DNA from: the human T2T-CHM13v2.0 reference genome, Homo sapiens
Length of the DNA: 64,000 bases
Strand: one strand, 5' to 3'
Assembly (NCBI RefSeq): GCF_009914755.1
Contig: NC_060929.1
Below the pieces are notes generated by a model. It saw only the letters and a list, made by a program, of their open reading frames with translations. It ran no database searches and was not told where the DNA came from. The position numbers and the translations under genes were made by a program. Position 1 is the stretch's first letter. Each line of letters starts with the position of its first letter. Below are positions 40,323 through 54,958 of the stretch, in pieces.

Positions 40323-40931
40323 TGAAGCAGCGTCATTTGTCTAGAGTAGTAACCGAGGTTCGTTGCCTCACACCAAGGAAATCAAGGATGTGGACACGTA
40401 AGGAGTGAGGTTAGGAGCAGAGGTTTAATAGGCAAAAGAAAGAAAAAAGCTCTCTCTCCTGCAGAGATGGGCTCCCAAGCAGGTTTTTCAGTTTCATGGT
40501 GAAATGCACAGCGTTTTATAGATGAGCTTGAGCAGACGGTTTCGATTGGTGGGACCAGGTGTGTCATTTACATAGCTTGTAAAGAAACTGGCCATACCAC
40601 CCTTATTTTTTATGTGATGGGTTCTCTACCTGGCCTGTGCCATGTTGCCTGTTCCTTTATTGTACATGTGGTTGACAAAGAAAAGGGAAGATGGAGCCTC
40701 CATGTTGAACATGCCTGACCCCCGGGTAGCCTTTTTCTATTGGCACAGCTGCTGGCATTCTCCATGCAAGCTTCCAGCTTGTTTATCTATGTTTGCAGCT
40801 CAATTTTACAGGCTGCTCTTTGTTAGAAAATAAATGATTCGGGGGCTGCTTTTTGTTAAGAGAGAAGTCTTGCCGAGGATTCTCTTACCCTCACTATCTG
40901 CCTAAATAATTTATTTTAAGCTCCTGTATTA
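40323..40931 (-). mobile_element. ERV1 solo LTR (MER50-like), second copy
   Basis: tgaagcagcgtcatttgtc...ctatctgcctaaataatttattttaagctcctgtatta; TSD attt/attc; homologous to 24287-24926. Confidence 0.8.
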
Positions 40932-41987
40932 ATTCCTGTTCTGGTTGACGTAATTTGGACCTCAACTCCAGAGTAGCCATCCTCAGCCAGCTCTCGAGTG
41001 AGAACTTTTTCAGTTCCACTTTGAGGATGCCATCAGTGACAAACTTCCTCTTCTTGGAGATCTGCACCCCCATCTTGCCACCGTGTGCCTCTGAAATGAA
41101 GGGCCAATGCGAGAGTTTTATCCTCTCTGCAGCAGAGTCCTTCTCTTGCGGGCAGGTATCTGCTTGTCTTTAAACAAAGATAGACCCTTTTCTCCTCTCT
41201 TGGTCAACCAGTGTCCTCCACTTCTCGAAGTTTCTGCTCTTGAGTTTTGTTTATATAGGACCCGTATGGAAGCTCCTTAGTGCCCCTTGCCCTCTTTCTA
41301 CACCACGGCACTTCTATTGCAGCCAACAGTCTCGGTCTGCTAGATTCCCTGTTTCTCACTGAGAATCTATTTTTGAAGCTGGCCTTACAGGTCCTAAGTC
41401 CCTCCCTGCCAGGATGACCAGCTTGTCCCAGGTGGCTCAGAACTTTTCTAGTTTCAGCACAGAGAGTTTTGCATCCTGGGACCCCCCTCAGTCCAAGGCA
41501 AACCAGGATGCTTGGTGACCCCCACCCTGTCTCTGGAAGGGCTGCCCTTGAATCAGTTTCCCACCTCAGGCCCATCGGCCAAGAGAAGGTGATCCGGGTC
41601 ACCTGGTGTCCAACAAGGCCTCAGTCTTTCAGTAGGGGTGGGTGGCTTCTCTGGGAGAGGGACCATGAATTGGGCCAGCAATGATCAACCTCTCCAGTTA
41701 AAACTATACTTAGATGAATTACTCATTAGAAGGGAAGGAAGTGAGGCATTATAAGTATACGTGTAGCAGTTTGATGCAGTAGAAAGCACATTGAATTGGA
41801 AGTCAAAATGCCTGGTTTCTGCCTCTGAACAGCAATAAAATCCCAGCATCAAACAGTTCATCTTTCTGAGCCTCAGTTTCTCCATCTGTAAAATGAAAGG
41901 TTTAATTTAGGGCTTGCTTCCTTTTTAACTTATGTTAGAGTTACTCCATATTCTTCAAGACATAATCTGCTATCATCATTATTAAAT

Positions 41988-42140
41988 TCTTCCCTTTCCT
42001 CTCCTCCCTTCTTCCCTGTTCCCCTTCCTCTCCCTTCCTCCCTTCCCCTTCCTTCTTTCCTTCCTTCCTTCCTTCCTTCCTTCCTTCCTTCCTTCCTTCC
42101 CTCCTTCCTCCCTTCCTCTCTCCCTCCCTCCTTCTCCATT
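41988..42140. repeat. (CCTT)n polypyrimidine tract
   Basis: Directly visible; near-pure pyrimidines on the + strand. Confidence 0.95.
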
Positions 42141-44072
42141 CCCAGCACTAATTCCTTTCTTCCCAACAGGCCACTACATCAATGTGAAAGATATTTATCC
42201 TTGAATAGGTATGTAGTTCTATAAGATATGATTATTATTTTGTGTATTTATTTAAAATTTACATATATTACATTATGTTATAGTCCTCATTTGCTTCCTA
42301 ACGTTTCTTACTCAGCACCATTTAAAAATATATCCGTGGTGCTGGCTGTTGGTCTTTAAGACTCCTTCCAGAGTGGCACTTTATGAACCTTGTTTAGTAT
42401 TGCAGAACGCTCTGTTATCCAAAGTTCTTCTACTTTGAATCAAATTATTGGTGGGCTTTTTAGAGGGGACCAAAGGGACAAGAAAGTATTACTCCAATGT
42501 TGGACAACTTTGGTCTGCATGAAAGGACCTAAATGGATTAATATATAGAGGACATTAAAGAGGAATAAATGAAGTACTGGGTGGCAAGAACCGTTGTGAA
42601 TTCATCTTTGGCCCTTAATCTTGAAACTATGAAGCCATCTATGAAGCCAAAACTATGAAGCCGAATTCACATGCACGATTCCTGGAACAGCTTACCTCCT
42701 ATGTGGAGCTGGCAGACATTCTCCAAGAGGAGGCAGGAAGAGTTCTCAGGCTCTCACTCACATATCATCAAGCATAGAAAAACTGCTTAAGACCTCAGCC
42801 AGAGATTGAACCCAAATCGGAAGACCTGTCCCCGGGGGGCCAATCTCTGTGGCTCAGAGGAGGCAAAGGAGACCCAGCCGCATCCCTCCCAGAGCGTTCT
42901 GTGGTTGTTAGCAGACGGGCTAGTGCCTCGCAGGTTGAGCAGCTCTCTTGGTGGCATTGAGGCTGAGGGAGCCATGTGGAGCCTGGGAATGGGCTGCGGG
43001 TGGGGAGCAGCTGTGGAATAGCCCCTCCTGGCTCTGCCTGCCTATGGCTGGGAGAACAGTTTCCATTTCAGGCAGCAGCAATTCACACTGGGTGGTCTCT
43101 GCCTTCCCTCCCTCAGTGCCTCAGTGCCACAGGCAACTGCCAGCAGGCTGAGAAAAGCACAGCTCCCCTTGGAGGACAGAGGCCTGTGCGAGGAGGCTGT
43201 TCTCTCCCACACTTCTGGCTCACAGGGTCTCCATCTCCACTCAGGCCTCTCAGCAAGCTCTGGAAAGACCTCTCGCAGCTCCGCTGGTGAGGCCTGTGAG
43301 CCAGGGCAGGGGCGGGGGTTGCTTTATGTTCCCCCGGTGACTCACTTCCCGACCTACCTCAACTTTACAGAGGCACATGTTGACTCTATTCCAGGCCTTA
43401 ACTATTTCTGTTCCTTTGAACATGTAAAACAAACAAAAACAACAATGAAACACAAAAACCAATAATAACAAATATAATAAAAACTCTGCAAATGCCCCTG
43501 AGGGTTTCCAGCCCCGCTCTCCACATCTCAGCCGACTTGGTGTTGAGATGCGTGCTTTCTGCCTCGGGTTGTATGATCTCTGAGGAGGAGATCATGGTGG
43601 CTGTGGGATTATATACACACGCTTTACCAAGATGTCTTCCTTTGCAGTGACAGGACTTAAGCTGACTCTAGGAATCAGAGAAGGTTCACTTTTGCCTTCA
43701 GGCCTAGGAGCAGCTCATCCTCAGTCCCCAGGCAGTGCCTCCCGGGGCTGCCTTCAGGGCCTCCTGACAAGGGCCTGGGTGCTTTACCCCCACCATAGAC
43801 TCAAGCACTCAAGGAGAAAGTTTCCAGAAACTGAACAGGATGAAGTAATTATAGCCGAAAGTCATTGAACTTACTACGCTATGTGTTCTCTGTATGATCT
43901 CACTTGATCCTGATAACCTTATGATGTAGGTCCCATCATTCATAAATGAGGAAACTGAGGCTCAGTGAGGCTAAGCAGCTGGCCCATTTACATAGCTAGT
44001 GATTGGAGAAGCCAGAATTTGATTGTAGAAAAGACTCCAAAGCCTGTACTCTTAACCGTGACATGCATGGAA

Positions 44073-44103
<31 letters not shown>

Positions 44104-44266
44104 ATTGACATATATGTGCATTCTTTTGTCTCTACAGTGTAATCTTTTTTGTAATATTCACAAATCATACGTTGTTAGAAATGGAAGTCATTTTAGAGAT
44201 TACCTATCTGACTCCTCCCCAACTTTTACTTCCATAGAAAAGGAAACTGGGGACCTACCTTAGAGA

Positions 44267-44448
44267 AATAGTTTTCAAACCTGAGCAAGCATCAGAATCA
44301 CCCAAGGGACTGGCTAAAACACAGACCTCTGGCCCCATCTCCAGAGTTTCTAATTCTGTAGGTCGAGGTGGGGCCCAAAATATATATTTCTAACAAGTTC
44401 CCAGGTGCTGCTGCTGCTGGTTCTGGGCCCCCACTTGGAGAACCGCTG
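44267..44448. mobile_element. hAT-Charlie DNA transposon (MER5A-like)
   Basis: ttttcaaacctgagcaagcatcagaatcacc...tttctaacaagttcccaggtgctgctg...cacttggagaaccgctg. Confidence 0.85.
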
Positions 44449-44617
44449 CAGTAGAGTAAATTGGACATGTGAAGGCCTGCAAGACCCACTGCAGTGTTGT
44501 TACTTGAACGTGCTTAGCAATGTTGATGAGGCCTGGACAAACATGTCCCCTGGTCACTCTTAGCAGACTCATTCGTCCTTTACTAACTCTCTTTGGGTCT
44601 CAGCAACAGAAACAGAA

Positions 44618-45170
44618 TGTGGCAGGCAGAATTCTAAAAATGCTCCCCGCTAAAAAAAAAAAAATCCCACATCTTTATTCCTCAAAGCCTGAGAACATGT
44701 GGCATCATTCCTATGATTGTGTTATGTTATACGGCACAGTGGACCCACAAAAAGGGAGTATCTGGGTGGGTGTAATTTAATCACATGGCTCCTTAAAACC
44801 GGATAACTTTCCATGGCTGTTGTGGCAGAAGAGTAGGGCAGAAAGGGGGAAATCAGAGAGACTTGAAGCTCAAGAGCTTGGCTAGTCTTGCAGCACTATT
44901 GCTGTTTTGAAGATGGAGCGGCCCAAGTGAGAAGGAATGTGGGGGGCTTCTAGGAGCAGAAAGGAATTTCTGGCAGGGAATTGGAACCTCAGTCTTATGT
45001 TGCTTAGGACCAAATTCGGCCAACAGCCTGAATGAGCTTGGGAACAGATTATTTCCTGAGCCTCCAGATAATACAGAGGGATGCCTGACCTACAGAACCG
45101 TGAACGAATAAATGAATGTAGTTTTAAGCCTCTAAGTGTGTGGTTATTCTGAAGTGGAAACTAACATACA
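44618..45170 (+). mobile_element. MaLR LTR (MLT1E-like)
   Basis: tgtggcaggcagaattctaaaaatgctcccc...gttttaagcctctaagtgtgtgg...aactaacataca. Confidence 0.75.
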
Positions 45171-45340
45171 AGTACATAAATTCCTGAGCTCAGAAGCAAG
45201 CCCACTGCAGACCTACTCCATCCAGAAGCTTCTCACACCAAGAGCTGGGCCTCTGGGAGGCTCACCTTATCATTTGCTGGAAATGGCAGTGGCTGTGACT
45301 TAAATTCCAGCCCCATCAAGGTAGTTTTCAGTTCAGTTGG

Positions 45341-45735
45341 TGTCTGAGTGCATTTTCTGCTGCTATAAAGGAATACATGAGGCTGAGTCATTTATAAAGA
45401 GAAGTTTATTTGGCTTATAATTTTGATGACTGGGCATCTGCCTCTGGTGAGGGCCTCAGGCTGCTTTCACTCATGATGGAAGACGGGGAGCTCATGTGTG
45501 CAGAGATCACATGGCAGGAGGGGAAGCAAGAAAAACAGTGGGGAGGCACCAGGCTCTTTTAACAACCAGCTTTACAGGGAACTAATAGGGTGAGAAGTCA
45601 CCCCCAAAAAAGGGCATTATTCTATTCATCAGGGATCCCCTCATGACCCAAACACTTCCCATCAGGCCAATTTCCAACAGTAGGGATCAAAGCTCAACAT
45701 GAGTTTTGGAGGAGACAAACATTCAAATCATCGCA
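45341..45735 (-). mobile_element. MaLR LTR (MSTB/D-like)
   Basis: Homologous to 429-832; TSD gttgg/gctgg. Confidence 0.8.
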
Positions 45736-46086
45736 GCTGGGGAAAAAAATCTAAAGATTATCAGGACACCCAGGAAACTGCCTACCCAACCAACCTCAGC
45801 AGACACCAGCCTCGCTCGAGAACACAGGCAGATCACTTGCCTGCCAGTGCCTGCCCTTCATGGATGAGCAATTTTAAAAACACTTTAGGAAAACAGATTG
45901 TCCTCCTGCACTACCACTAAATCAAATAGCCTACTTTCCTGTTCTGAGATTAATCATCTGTAAAACAGAGGCCTTGCTTCTCACCAGGATATCAGAAAGT
46001 TCAAGCAAGAATACGGTGTAAAGACACAGAATCCATACTCCATACAGCAATGATCGCCACCGCCACCTACAATATTCTTGTTACTG

Positions 46087-46386
46087 TTTTGTTTTGTTTT
46101 TTTGAGATAGGGTCTCACTCTGTCACCCAGGCTGGAGGGTGGTGGCATGATCATAGCTCATTGACACCTCGATCTCTCAGGCTCAAGTGATTCTCCACCT
46201 TACCTCTCAAGTAGCTGAGACTACAGGCTGCACCACCATGCCTGGCTAATTTTTATATATTTTTTTTTGTAGAGGTGGGGTTTTGCCATGTCCTCAGGCT
46301 GGTCTTGAACTCCTGGGCTCAAGCGATCCACTTGCTTCAGCCTCCCAAATTATTGGGATCACAGGTGTGAACCACCACCCCCAGGC
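46087..46386 (-). mobile_element. Alu (AluJ-like)
   Basis: Antisense Alu dimer. Confidence 0.9.
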
Positions 46387-48101
46387 TCTTGTTATTCTTG
46401 AAATAAAATAAAATCTGAAGAATGAGGGGACAGTTTTGATTTTCAACAAGATCCATCCTGTAGCTAATAATAGTATAGTCATGATTCAACCACCCTGTCA
46501 TTTTATTGTAAAAGTTGAATATAACCTTGAGGCTGCCATGGTCCAACACAATTCAAGTAAATATAACAGGTGAGTAGATAATTCCTATAATTGAGATTTC
46601 CCCCAAATATTCCCCCTAAATGACTTATAGACACCTGATGCTCATTTAAGTAGAGAATCTATTCTTAGGGTTGAGGTTCCGCGTCTGCTCCATCCAGGTC
46701 CTTACTGTGCAAGGATCCTCTTGCCGCATGTCCTTGAGGGGGTGGGGCCAAGTGGCATAGGTCACCCCATCCTCGTTGCTACTCCCTGCAGGTCTGCAAC
46801 TGTGGCCCTCTGAAGGTACAGAGCTGCGCAGGGTGTGCATTTCTGACCGTAGTCACCCCTTGCCATGACATCTGCCTACTTTCACTGATCTAGCCCTAAA
46901 GACTGGAGGAATATCATGGAGGATGTTCCCGCCTTGTGCTGGACACCAGGACAGGTCTAGCACCTGGGTTTCTCAGAAGGCTTCCCAGCAGACTATGCAT
47001 CCTGACCCTGTGTTCCTCTCACATCCACGTGGACCCATGAACCACCTTCCTCTGGAGTCTGATTTTGTCATCCGGACCTTTTCTGATTTTGTTGATCATC
47101 TCAGGATTGCCAGGTAGTGGTGGCCACTGACAGGGTCCTACAGTGCAGAGAAGAATGTCCAGGTCCCTTCTTGTGGCTTCTCTCTTTTCTCCCCAACCCC
47201 TCTTTCCTGAACCCCCACCTCCTGTGGTGCACCAGCGTAGGGGAGGCCACATGGTGCCATTTTTACCTAAATGTTTAGGAAGACATTCTTTTGAATTTTG
47301 GAAATCTTGAAGGGTTTTGAGACATGTATTTGCAAGTAAAACATGCAGGTTCCTGTTTTTCCATGTCACCCAAGCTTGTGGCTTTGTTTTGTTTTATTTT
47401 GCTTTTTATGTGCTATAAGTTGTTGAAATATTTTGGGGCTTTTTTGTTATCAGAGAACCTGGTAGTGTTCTGTCTGTAGTCTGATCCAAGTGAATATGGC
47501 CAATAGATTACCCTGCAGGATCACAGCACAAGCAGACAGATCTTTGAAACATGGGTTTGCCACTCTACCAAACTTTTGAAAAAAGACATTTAATCACACA
47601 CACACAGCTTCCACAAAGCAATTTACTTCCAACCACAATGTGTTCAATCAAACGATTTGTTCAGAACTATATGACCACGCTTAGTTTCACTTCCCACCGC
47701 AGGTCTCTGATAACCTCTGAAAACTCTGTTTTTGTGGTTATACTGTCATTCATTATTCATCTTTTTAAACTATAATCATTTCAAAATTACAATTTTTAAC
47801 GGGGAATGTGGATTGGTGGTTAAAAACAGGAAGCTTGATGTCTAAGTCTGAAAAGCAGTGAAAATATGTAAGAAACTCAGAAAAATTCAGAACCTGCCAT
47901 TATTGTTGATTGTGACAGAGTGTTACCACCTGAGGACTCACTGAAAACTTGCCAGTAAAGAAGGATGAGGTTACTAACCAGCCACAAGTGAATGGGTATA
48001 TAAACATGGTTGATCTAAAATCTTGGACTATATTTGGATGTTCACATGGACGAAAATTCAAGCAGTATCACAGACTGAACAGTGAAAAGTAAATCTCCCT
48101 C

Positions 48102-48613
48102 TGCAGAAGATTGTATTTTCCAAAGAGAAAGATGGTAATATTTCCTCTCCCAAGTGTTCTTCTGCAATGTGACCTTGACATTCCAACTATAGAAAGGAAG
48201 AATCGAATTCCCTTCCCTTTGTATCTGGGTTGGTTTAGTGACTTGCTTGAGCAATAGAATGAAATGAGAGTGATATTCTGGGACTGCCAAAGCCAGGTCA
48301 TAAGACGCCTCACAGCTTCCACCTGGGACCCCAGGAGTACTTGCTCCTAAGACACTTCCTCTTGAAACCCAGTCCCCTGGCCGGGAGAAACCACATGGAA
48401 AGACACAGGTGAGTGCTCTGGTTGATGAGCCAGCGAAGCTCCTAGCATCAGCTGTCAGTCACATGAGTGAACCATCTTGATGTCCCACTCAGGTGAGCTT
48501 CTATGTTCTGGCAGCCCTTGCTGACTGCCTGACAAAACTCAGCCAAGCCACATAACTGTTTTAAGCCACAAAATTGGGAGTGGATTGTTATATAGCAATA
48601 GATAACTGGAACA
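48102..48613 (+). mobile_element. MaLR LTR (MLT1G/H-like)
   Basis: Ends tatagcaatagataactggaaca; perfect 5-bp TSD CCCTC. Confidence 0.8.
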
Positions 48614-49383
48614 CCCTCTCAGTTCTTCTGTCAAATTTATTTCATATTCTTTCAATGACATTTTATGCACAGACATTCAATGATGTGTATGTCTTTCCCC
48701 TTGCAAATAATGGCATAATAAGCACACTACAGTACTCACTCTGCTTTCTTTTTCAACCAATAACACATCTTAGAGATTATTCCATACCTGTGTATGTACA
48801 GCTGACTTGCTCTTTAACAGTGGAAGAGAACCTTATATTTTACCACCATAAGTTATTTAGCCAGTCCACTACTGATGGACATGTAGGGTTCCCCATCCCT
48901 GTACTTTGTTAGTACAGATAGTGATTCATTGTCTATTCTGCTAAAGTATCCTTTTGTAAGGTGTCTATTGTAAGTATGTAGGTTACATTCCTAGAAGATG
49001 TTTGTAGCTTCTTTAATTCTGTTGTACGTACATTTTGAATTTTAGTAAATATTGCCAAGCCCCCCAAAAAGAGGTTGTGTCAAGTTATACTCTTCCCCAC
49101 TCAGATTTAAAGCTGTTTTCCCAGTGACTTGCCAAAACAATGCATTCATAAAGTTTTAAAAATGGTTTACCCTAGATTCTTATTCAAATTATGGATTTTA
49201 TTGTGGAGAAGAAAATGAGCTTAAACTTTGATATCTATTTGATATCTTTGTATTGCTTGTTTGAGAAACTTCCAGCTATAATTGAATCACTCATTCTTGT
49301 CAAAATATTAAAAACTAAAATTGTATGAATTTGGGAAAGATGACATGAGCTACTAGGTAAAAAGGTGAGTTGAAGAAAAATAA

Positions 49384-49678
49384 TTTTTTTTTTTTAGATA
49401 GAGTCTTGCTGGGTTGCCCGGGCTGGAGTGCAGTGGTGCAATCTTGGCTCACTGTAGCCTCCACCTCCTGGGTTCAAACAATTCTCCTGCCTCAGACTCC
49501 TGAGTATCTGGGATTACAGGCACCCAGCACCACACCTGGCTAATTTTCCTGTATTTTTAGTGGAGACAGGGTTTCACCATTTTGGCCAGGATGGTCTCGA
49601 ACTCATGACCTCAAGTGATTTGCCTGCCTCGGCCTCCCAAAGTGCTGGGATTACAGATGTGAGCCACTGCACTGGGCC
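49384..49678 (-). mobile_element. Alu (AluS-like)
   Basis: Antisense Alu dimer. Confidence 0.9.
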
Positions 49679-50220
49679 AGAAAAATCAAGTTTAATGAGA
49701 TTTCATTTTTATGAGATGTGTGAACCTGCAGAAGTAAAAAATATCTGGAAGTAGATATACAAAGTGTTAGTAAGAAGCACAGTCCTTCCTAATTATAAAC
49801 CACAGTCCATCTAGCAAACGAAACATTGCCTGCAATTTCCTGAAAGGTCACTGTCACAAATGCTTTGGAAGGAGGTGGCACTGCTCTCCAGACATGGCTG
49901 AAGAAAAACTTAGGTCAAAACAGGCAGTCTAAACCAAAAAGGGTGCTCTTATTTAAAAAAATCTGAATGTGCTAAAAAGCCATATATAAATAATTAGTGA
50001 GAGATTAAAATTTAAATTTGAGTAAATATTGCCAACCTCCCAAAAAATTAATTTTGAACATTTTGATAAAAGCACAGACCGAAGGGATGTAACCATTTTA
50101 CAGGTCTTTGTTCTATTTATGCAAAATGAATTTAGGTCAATTTGCTTAAAGACTAATTTGCTAAATGACCGATTGATTAACTTAAATTTTTTAAAAAGTA
50201 TTTAATTTTAGTTGACAAGT

Positions 50221-50498
50221 TTTCTTTTTTCTTTTTCTTTTTTTTTTTTTTTTTTGAGATGGAGTCTCGCTTTGCCGCCCAAGCTGGAGTGCAGTGAGGC
50301 GAATCCCCTGTCTCAGCCTCCTGAGTAGCTGGGATTACAGGCGCGTGCCACCATGCCTGGCTAATTTTTGTATTTTTAGTAGAGATGGGGTTTCACCATC
50401 TGGGCCAGGCTGGTTCTTGAACTCCCAATCTCAGGTGATCCACCCACTTCAGCCTCCCAAACTGCTGGGATTACAGGCGTGAGCCATCACCCCTGGCC
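50221..50498 (-). mobile_element. Alu with an internal deletion
   Basis: Antisense Alu; consensus jumps from gtgcagtg to cctgtctcagcctcc. Confidence 0.88.
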
Positions 50499-50999
50499 TA
50501 GTGGACCAGTTTTCATTTGTCATTGTGAACTGCATCTTAAGACATGTCATTTAATCTCTGATTCAGTCAGTTCCTTTTATTTGCTGCAATTGGAGAACAA
50601 GGATCAGAGCTGGGGGAGCCCTAAGGGAGACAGCTCCCATTGATAATGCTTGTGAAGACGTGCCCAGAGCTTGATCAGATAAAATAACTGGTACAAATAG
50701 TTCAATAAGATGGGGTCCTAAGGTTTCTTCAGTAGCCATTGCATCCATTGAGAACACCACCACAAAGAATTGGCCTCTGGATTTCCTTACTTAAGGGAAT
50801 TAAGTAGCAGGAAGCTTTGTCAAAAAGGAAATAGCACATTGAATATATGCATTCTCAACAAATTAAAATAATTTCCTTTGTCATGGACCCCAAAGAAAAA
50901 AATGATTAATAACTTTGAAAACTTACCAGCCAGATTTTCTGAATTCAGGATTGAATTATTATTTTCTATATTTTTTCTGAGAAGTTGTGAATAATGTAA

Positions 51000-51450
<451 letters not shown>

Positions 51451-54400
51451 TAACAAATGTTTTTCAAGTTTCTATGCTAAATATTCTCAAACAACAATTG
51501 CAAGGGAAAACCATGTGTTTTTATTACATGTGACACCCTAACAGTAAAAATGAAGTTTGAGAATTAAAGGAAGAGCCTTACTTGACCACTGAGACTATCA
51601 GCCATTTGAGACCATTTAATTATACTGTACTGGTAAAAAGTTTGGCATTAGTGTTAAAAGAATTTCTCTTATTTTCACCAAAGAAATTCCTGGATGGTAT
51701 CGTCTTTTATCTGATGCTTTTCTCTGGAAGGAGTAGTTATGAATCTCCTCGCTTAAGTTCTAGATTAATTGGACTATGTTTACACATGGGTGGTAGCATT
51801 GTGATTGAAAAGGGCACTTGGTTAAATGGAGCTCCTTTCTACTTCCTTCTTTTACGTGGCTGCTGCGTTAAGATGGTAAGATGGCTGAGCCTTTTGGCAG
51901 GTAGAAGGAGACCCAATCATCTTTTATGTCATCTCTCATTCTCCTCCACATATCTCTGTCCTCAGAGAGTCTGCATGCCCTGGCCCTCTCTGGTTATCAC
52001 TTTTCCTATGCTTCTTTGAGGTCATGTTCAAGTTTAGGGGAGGCCTCCAGCCTTGACCATGCGCTCTAGCCAAGCTTACCTGAGTTCTGTGCATGGGGGC
52101 ATTCTCTACAGCTCAAGCCCTATAGCAGTAAATTTGTTCTGTGCTTCTGTGCCTCTGTCTCCCATGGGGAAGTCATGGGGAGTGGTAGGGTGGGTGGCAG
52201 GATTTGGGTATTTCTTGGTCCCTGGCCATACCATCTCATTGCCACCTTTCCTGTTATTAGCCTGAAGTAGCTATCAAAGCAGGGCAAAACTACTTCCTTT
52301 AATGGGACTTTTGCTCCTAGAAGTGTTGAGATATCAGGCATAGAGAAATTGTCTAGCCATTAGACAAATTTCCCAAGTCTATATATTTAATGCAATAACA
52401 CCTCACCACTACCCTAGGGGTTCTCACTCTTCAATCTGCCCAAGAATCATCTGGGGAACTTATAATACAAGTTCAGATTTATGTGCCTCACATCCAGGGT
52501 TTTTGATTCACTCATTGCCAATAGTGCTGAAAATCTGCGTTTCTAACAAGTACCACAAATTGTTATGATGTGGAAAATATTACTTCATTGAAACAGGTAG
52601 GAAACTCACCTTTTTATTTTGTCTTGGCAGTAAATCTTTTTAATATTCAAAAAAATTAAAAAGAATCCCCATAGAGCAGGGAGGGGAATGAAAAATTCAA
52701 AGGGCTTTTAAGATAAAACACAAAAATTCAGACTGCTGGTGGGTTATCAACTCCTATCCCCAGCAATCTGAAAAATAATTAGACAGTGTCTTCAGAAATG
52801 TCATATGTCTGACAGGAACAGCACAGGAGCCACCAAGCATTTTTAGAGAATGAAGCCACAATGAGACTCTAATATGCCACCTGGGTTCCATTTCAGCTCT
52901 GCCACTCTCTAATTTTCCCTCCATTTCTGCTTCAGATAGAATCCACTCATGAAAACAGAAACACAGCAGTGATTTTTAATGGTGAAATTAATCTGGGGTA
53001 TTGGTTAAACAGATAGTAGAAGATTGAAAAGACAAAAGAGAAACATTGATGTAATAGGAAGAAGCCACCACTTCTAGGGCTGAGGAATCAATGCAAAGCA
53101 GTTAGGGTATCAGGGCTTAGAGCTTGGGGGAGAGACCCCTAGGGCTGGGACTGAGACCTCTCAGGAGGGCACTGTCCAGCTGGTGCTAGTACCTCTGAAG
53201 GGTACAATGAGAGTGGGGATATGGGGACAGACTGGAAACTGGACCCAATTGTGACTACCACAAGAAGCGTTGCTGGGTGAAATAACAGAAATAGCAAGCA
53301 AAACAGAAAACAGCAAATCCCTTCTCCCTCCTTCCACCTTGTAGCCTCCCTCTAATGCCTCCTGTGGCAATGCCTAATAGCAAGCCAGGTGAAATGTGGC
53401 TTGTGGAGTCCCAGCCCCATCACTACAAAACACAGTAGAGAAGGATGGATTTGGACCTGAGGGACAATAGCTTGATAACTACCACCATCTACCCCTTTGG
53501 CTACTCAGCATCCACACACAGCCTTCTATACATTATTTGCACTTGTATCCACAAACAAAAACCACTTTGTGCTTTGCATAACAAGATGAAACTGGTGTCC
53601 AAATAAAGATGCCCTCATCCTCTCCTTGAAATGGGAGATACAAACTTCCAAGAATCATTCATGCGTTCATCTCTGGGCAATGTTCATTCTTCTCAAATTT
53701 GGCCACAATCCCATCTGGATAAAGACTAAATTGTAAAGTTAACCACAGACAACAATATTTATGTAAAATAATAAGGGGAAGGAGGAAAGGCAGAAAAAGA
53801 AATTGATTTGTATACACAAATAAATATATACATAACAATTAAGGAAGAAGCTATGCAGAGCTGCTACCACGTTTATTCCTGCAATTGGCCATGAGTCCCT
53901 AGTTGATATTTGTAACTTTTTTCTTCCACTACTTAGTCCCTGTTTCCTTTGCCCTCATCAAGGCCTCAGTTGATCGGTTCTTTACCTGGTGGAGTGACGC
54001 AAGCTTTCTTTTTGGAAGAATCTGAATCCACAATGGTCCTGTGTGTCGGTCATTACAATTTTCCTTTAACTTTTATTATTGGGCATAAAAATATGAAGAG
54101 AGGTCCCAGAGAGTCCCTAGGTTCTAAATATAGTCCTTTCTGCTCCCATGATGTTGTAGCATCCTAGTTTCCTCTTGGTAATAAAGAGCAAGTATCCTGG
54201 CCAGGAAAGCAACCCCTTCTTTGCTTGCTGGTTCAGGGTCATGAGAAGCTCAGAATGGCCAAGTGGCAGTGTCACTTTTCTATTGTTGTGTCCCTTGGTA
54301 CACAACAGTAAGACTAAGACCTCCCAGGTCAAAGTTGAAAGACAGTCAGAAAAAATAATGTGAGTAGATTATCAGGTGTGATAGTGAGAGGAGTCACTCC

Positions 54401-54512
54401 TACTTTCTCTCCTTAATTTCTAGACCCATGTATTCTGACAATGAAAGAAACAATGCTGTATATTGCTTGCTGGTTTAAAGTATGTACTTTATCCTGGAGA
54501 TGAAATGACATC

Positions 54513-54958
54513 TATGGCGGATGCTGTGGAACACTGCTCAGATCCACCTTAAGACTGAGGCATTTATTCCCCCAACTACCAGAAGTGTTGCCTGCTGACC
54601 GTTCATACTACACTCCTCTCTGGGCATTTTCCTCAGCAGGAAAGAAGGCCGCCTTGACCAAGATTATGTCCCCTTCTTGGTGGCAACCTGCATCCAGTGG
54701 CTGGCCGATACGGGAATACAAAGGCCTGGCACCTTAACTTCAATTTGGAACAATTCTGAAGCAGCATTCAAGCTCCAGGAAGACCTAAGCATTCAGCTGA
54801 AGCCTATGTTGCAACTGCATCATAGTTCAACTTTTCCCTTTGTGCAATTTGGCTACCCTCACTCCCATTAGGCATTGTTTCCTAGAGCATTCTCCAACAA
54901 ATCTATGGCATTCAAGTGACCCCCTCAGCATCTCTTTCTAGGGAACCTACCCAAGATG
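54513..54958 (+). mobile_element. ERVL solo LTR (LTR16-like) nested in the provirus
   Basis: tatggcggatgctgtggaacactgctcagatccacc...ttctagggaacctacccaagatg resembles LTR16 termini. Confidence 0.7.

Noticed and set aside
49033-50047. ~37-bp similarity between 49033-49070 and 50011-50047
   Set aside because: AT-rich and resembles old L1 3' sequence; too short and degenerate to interpret
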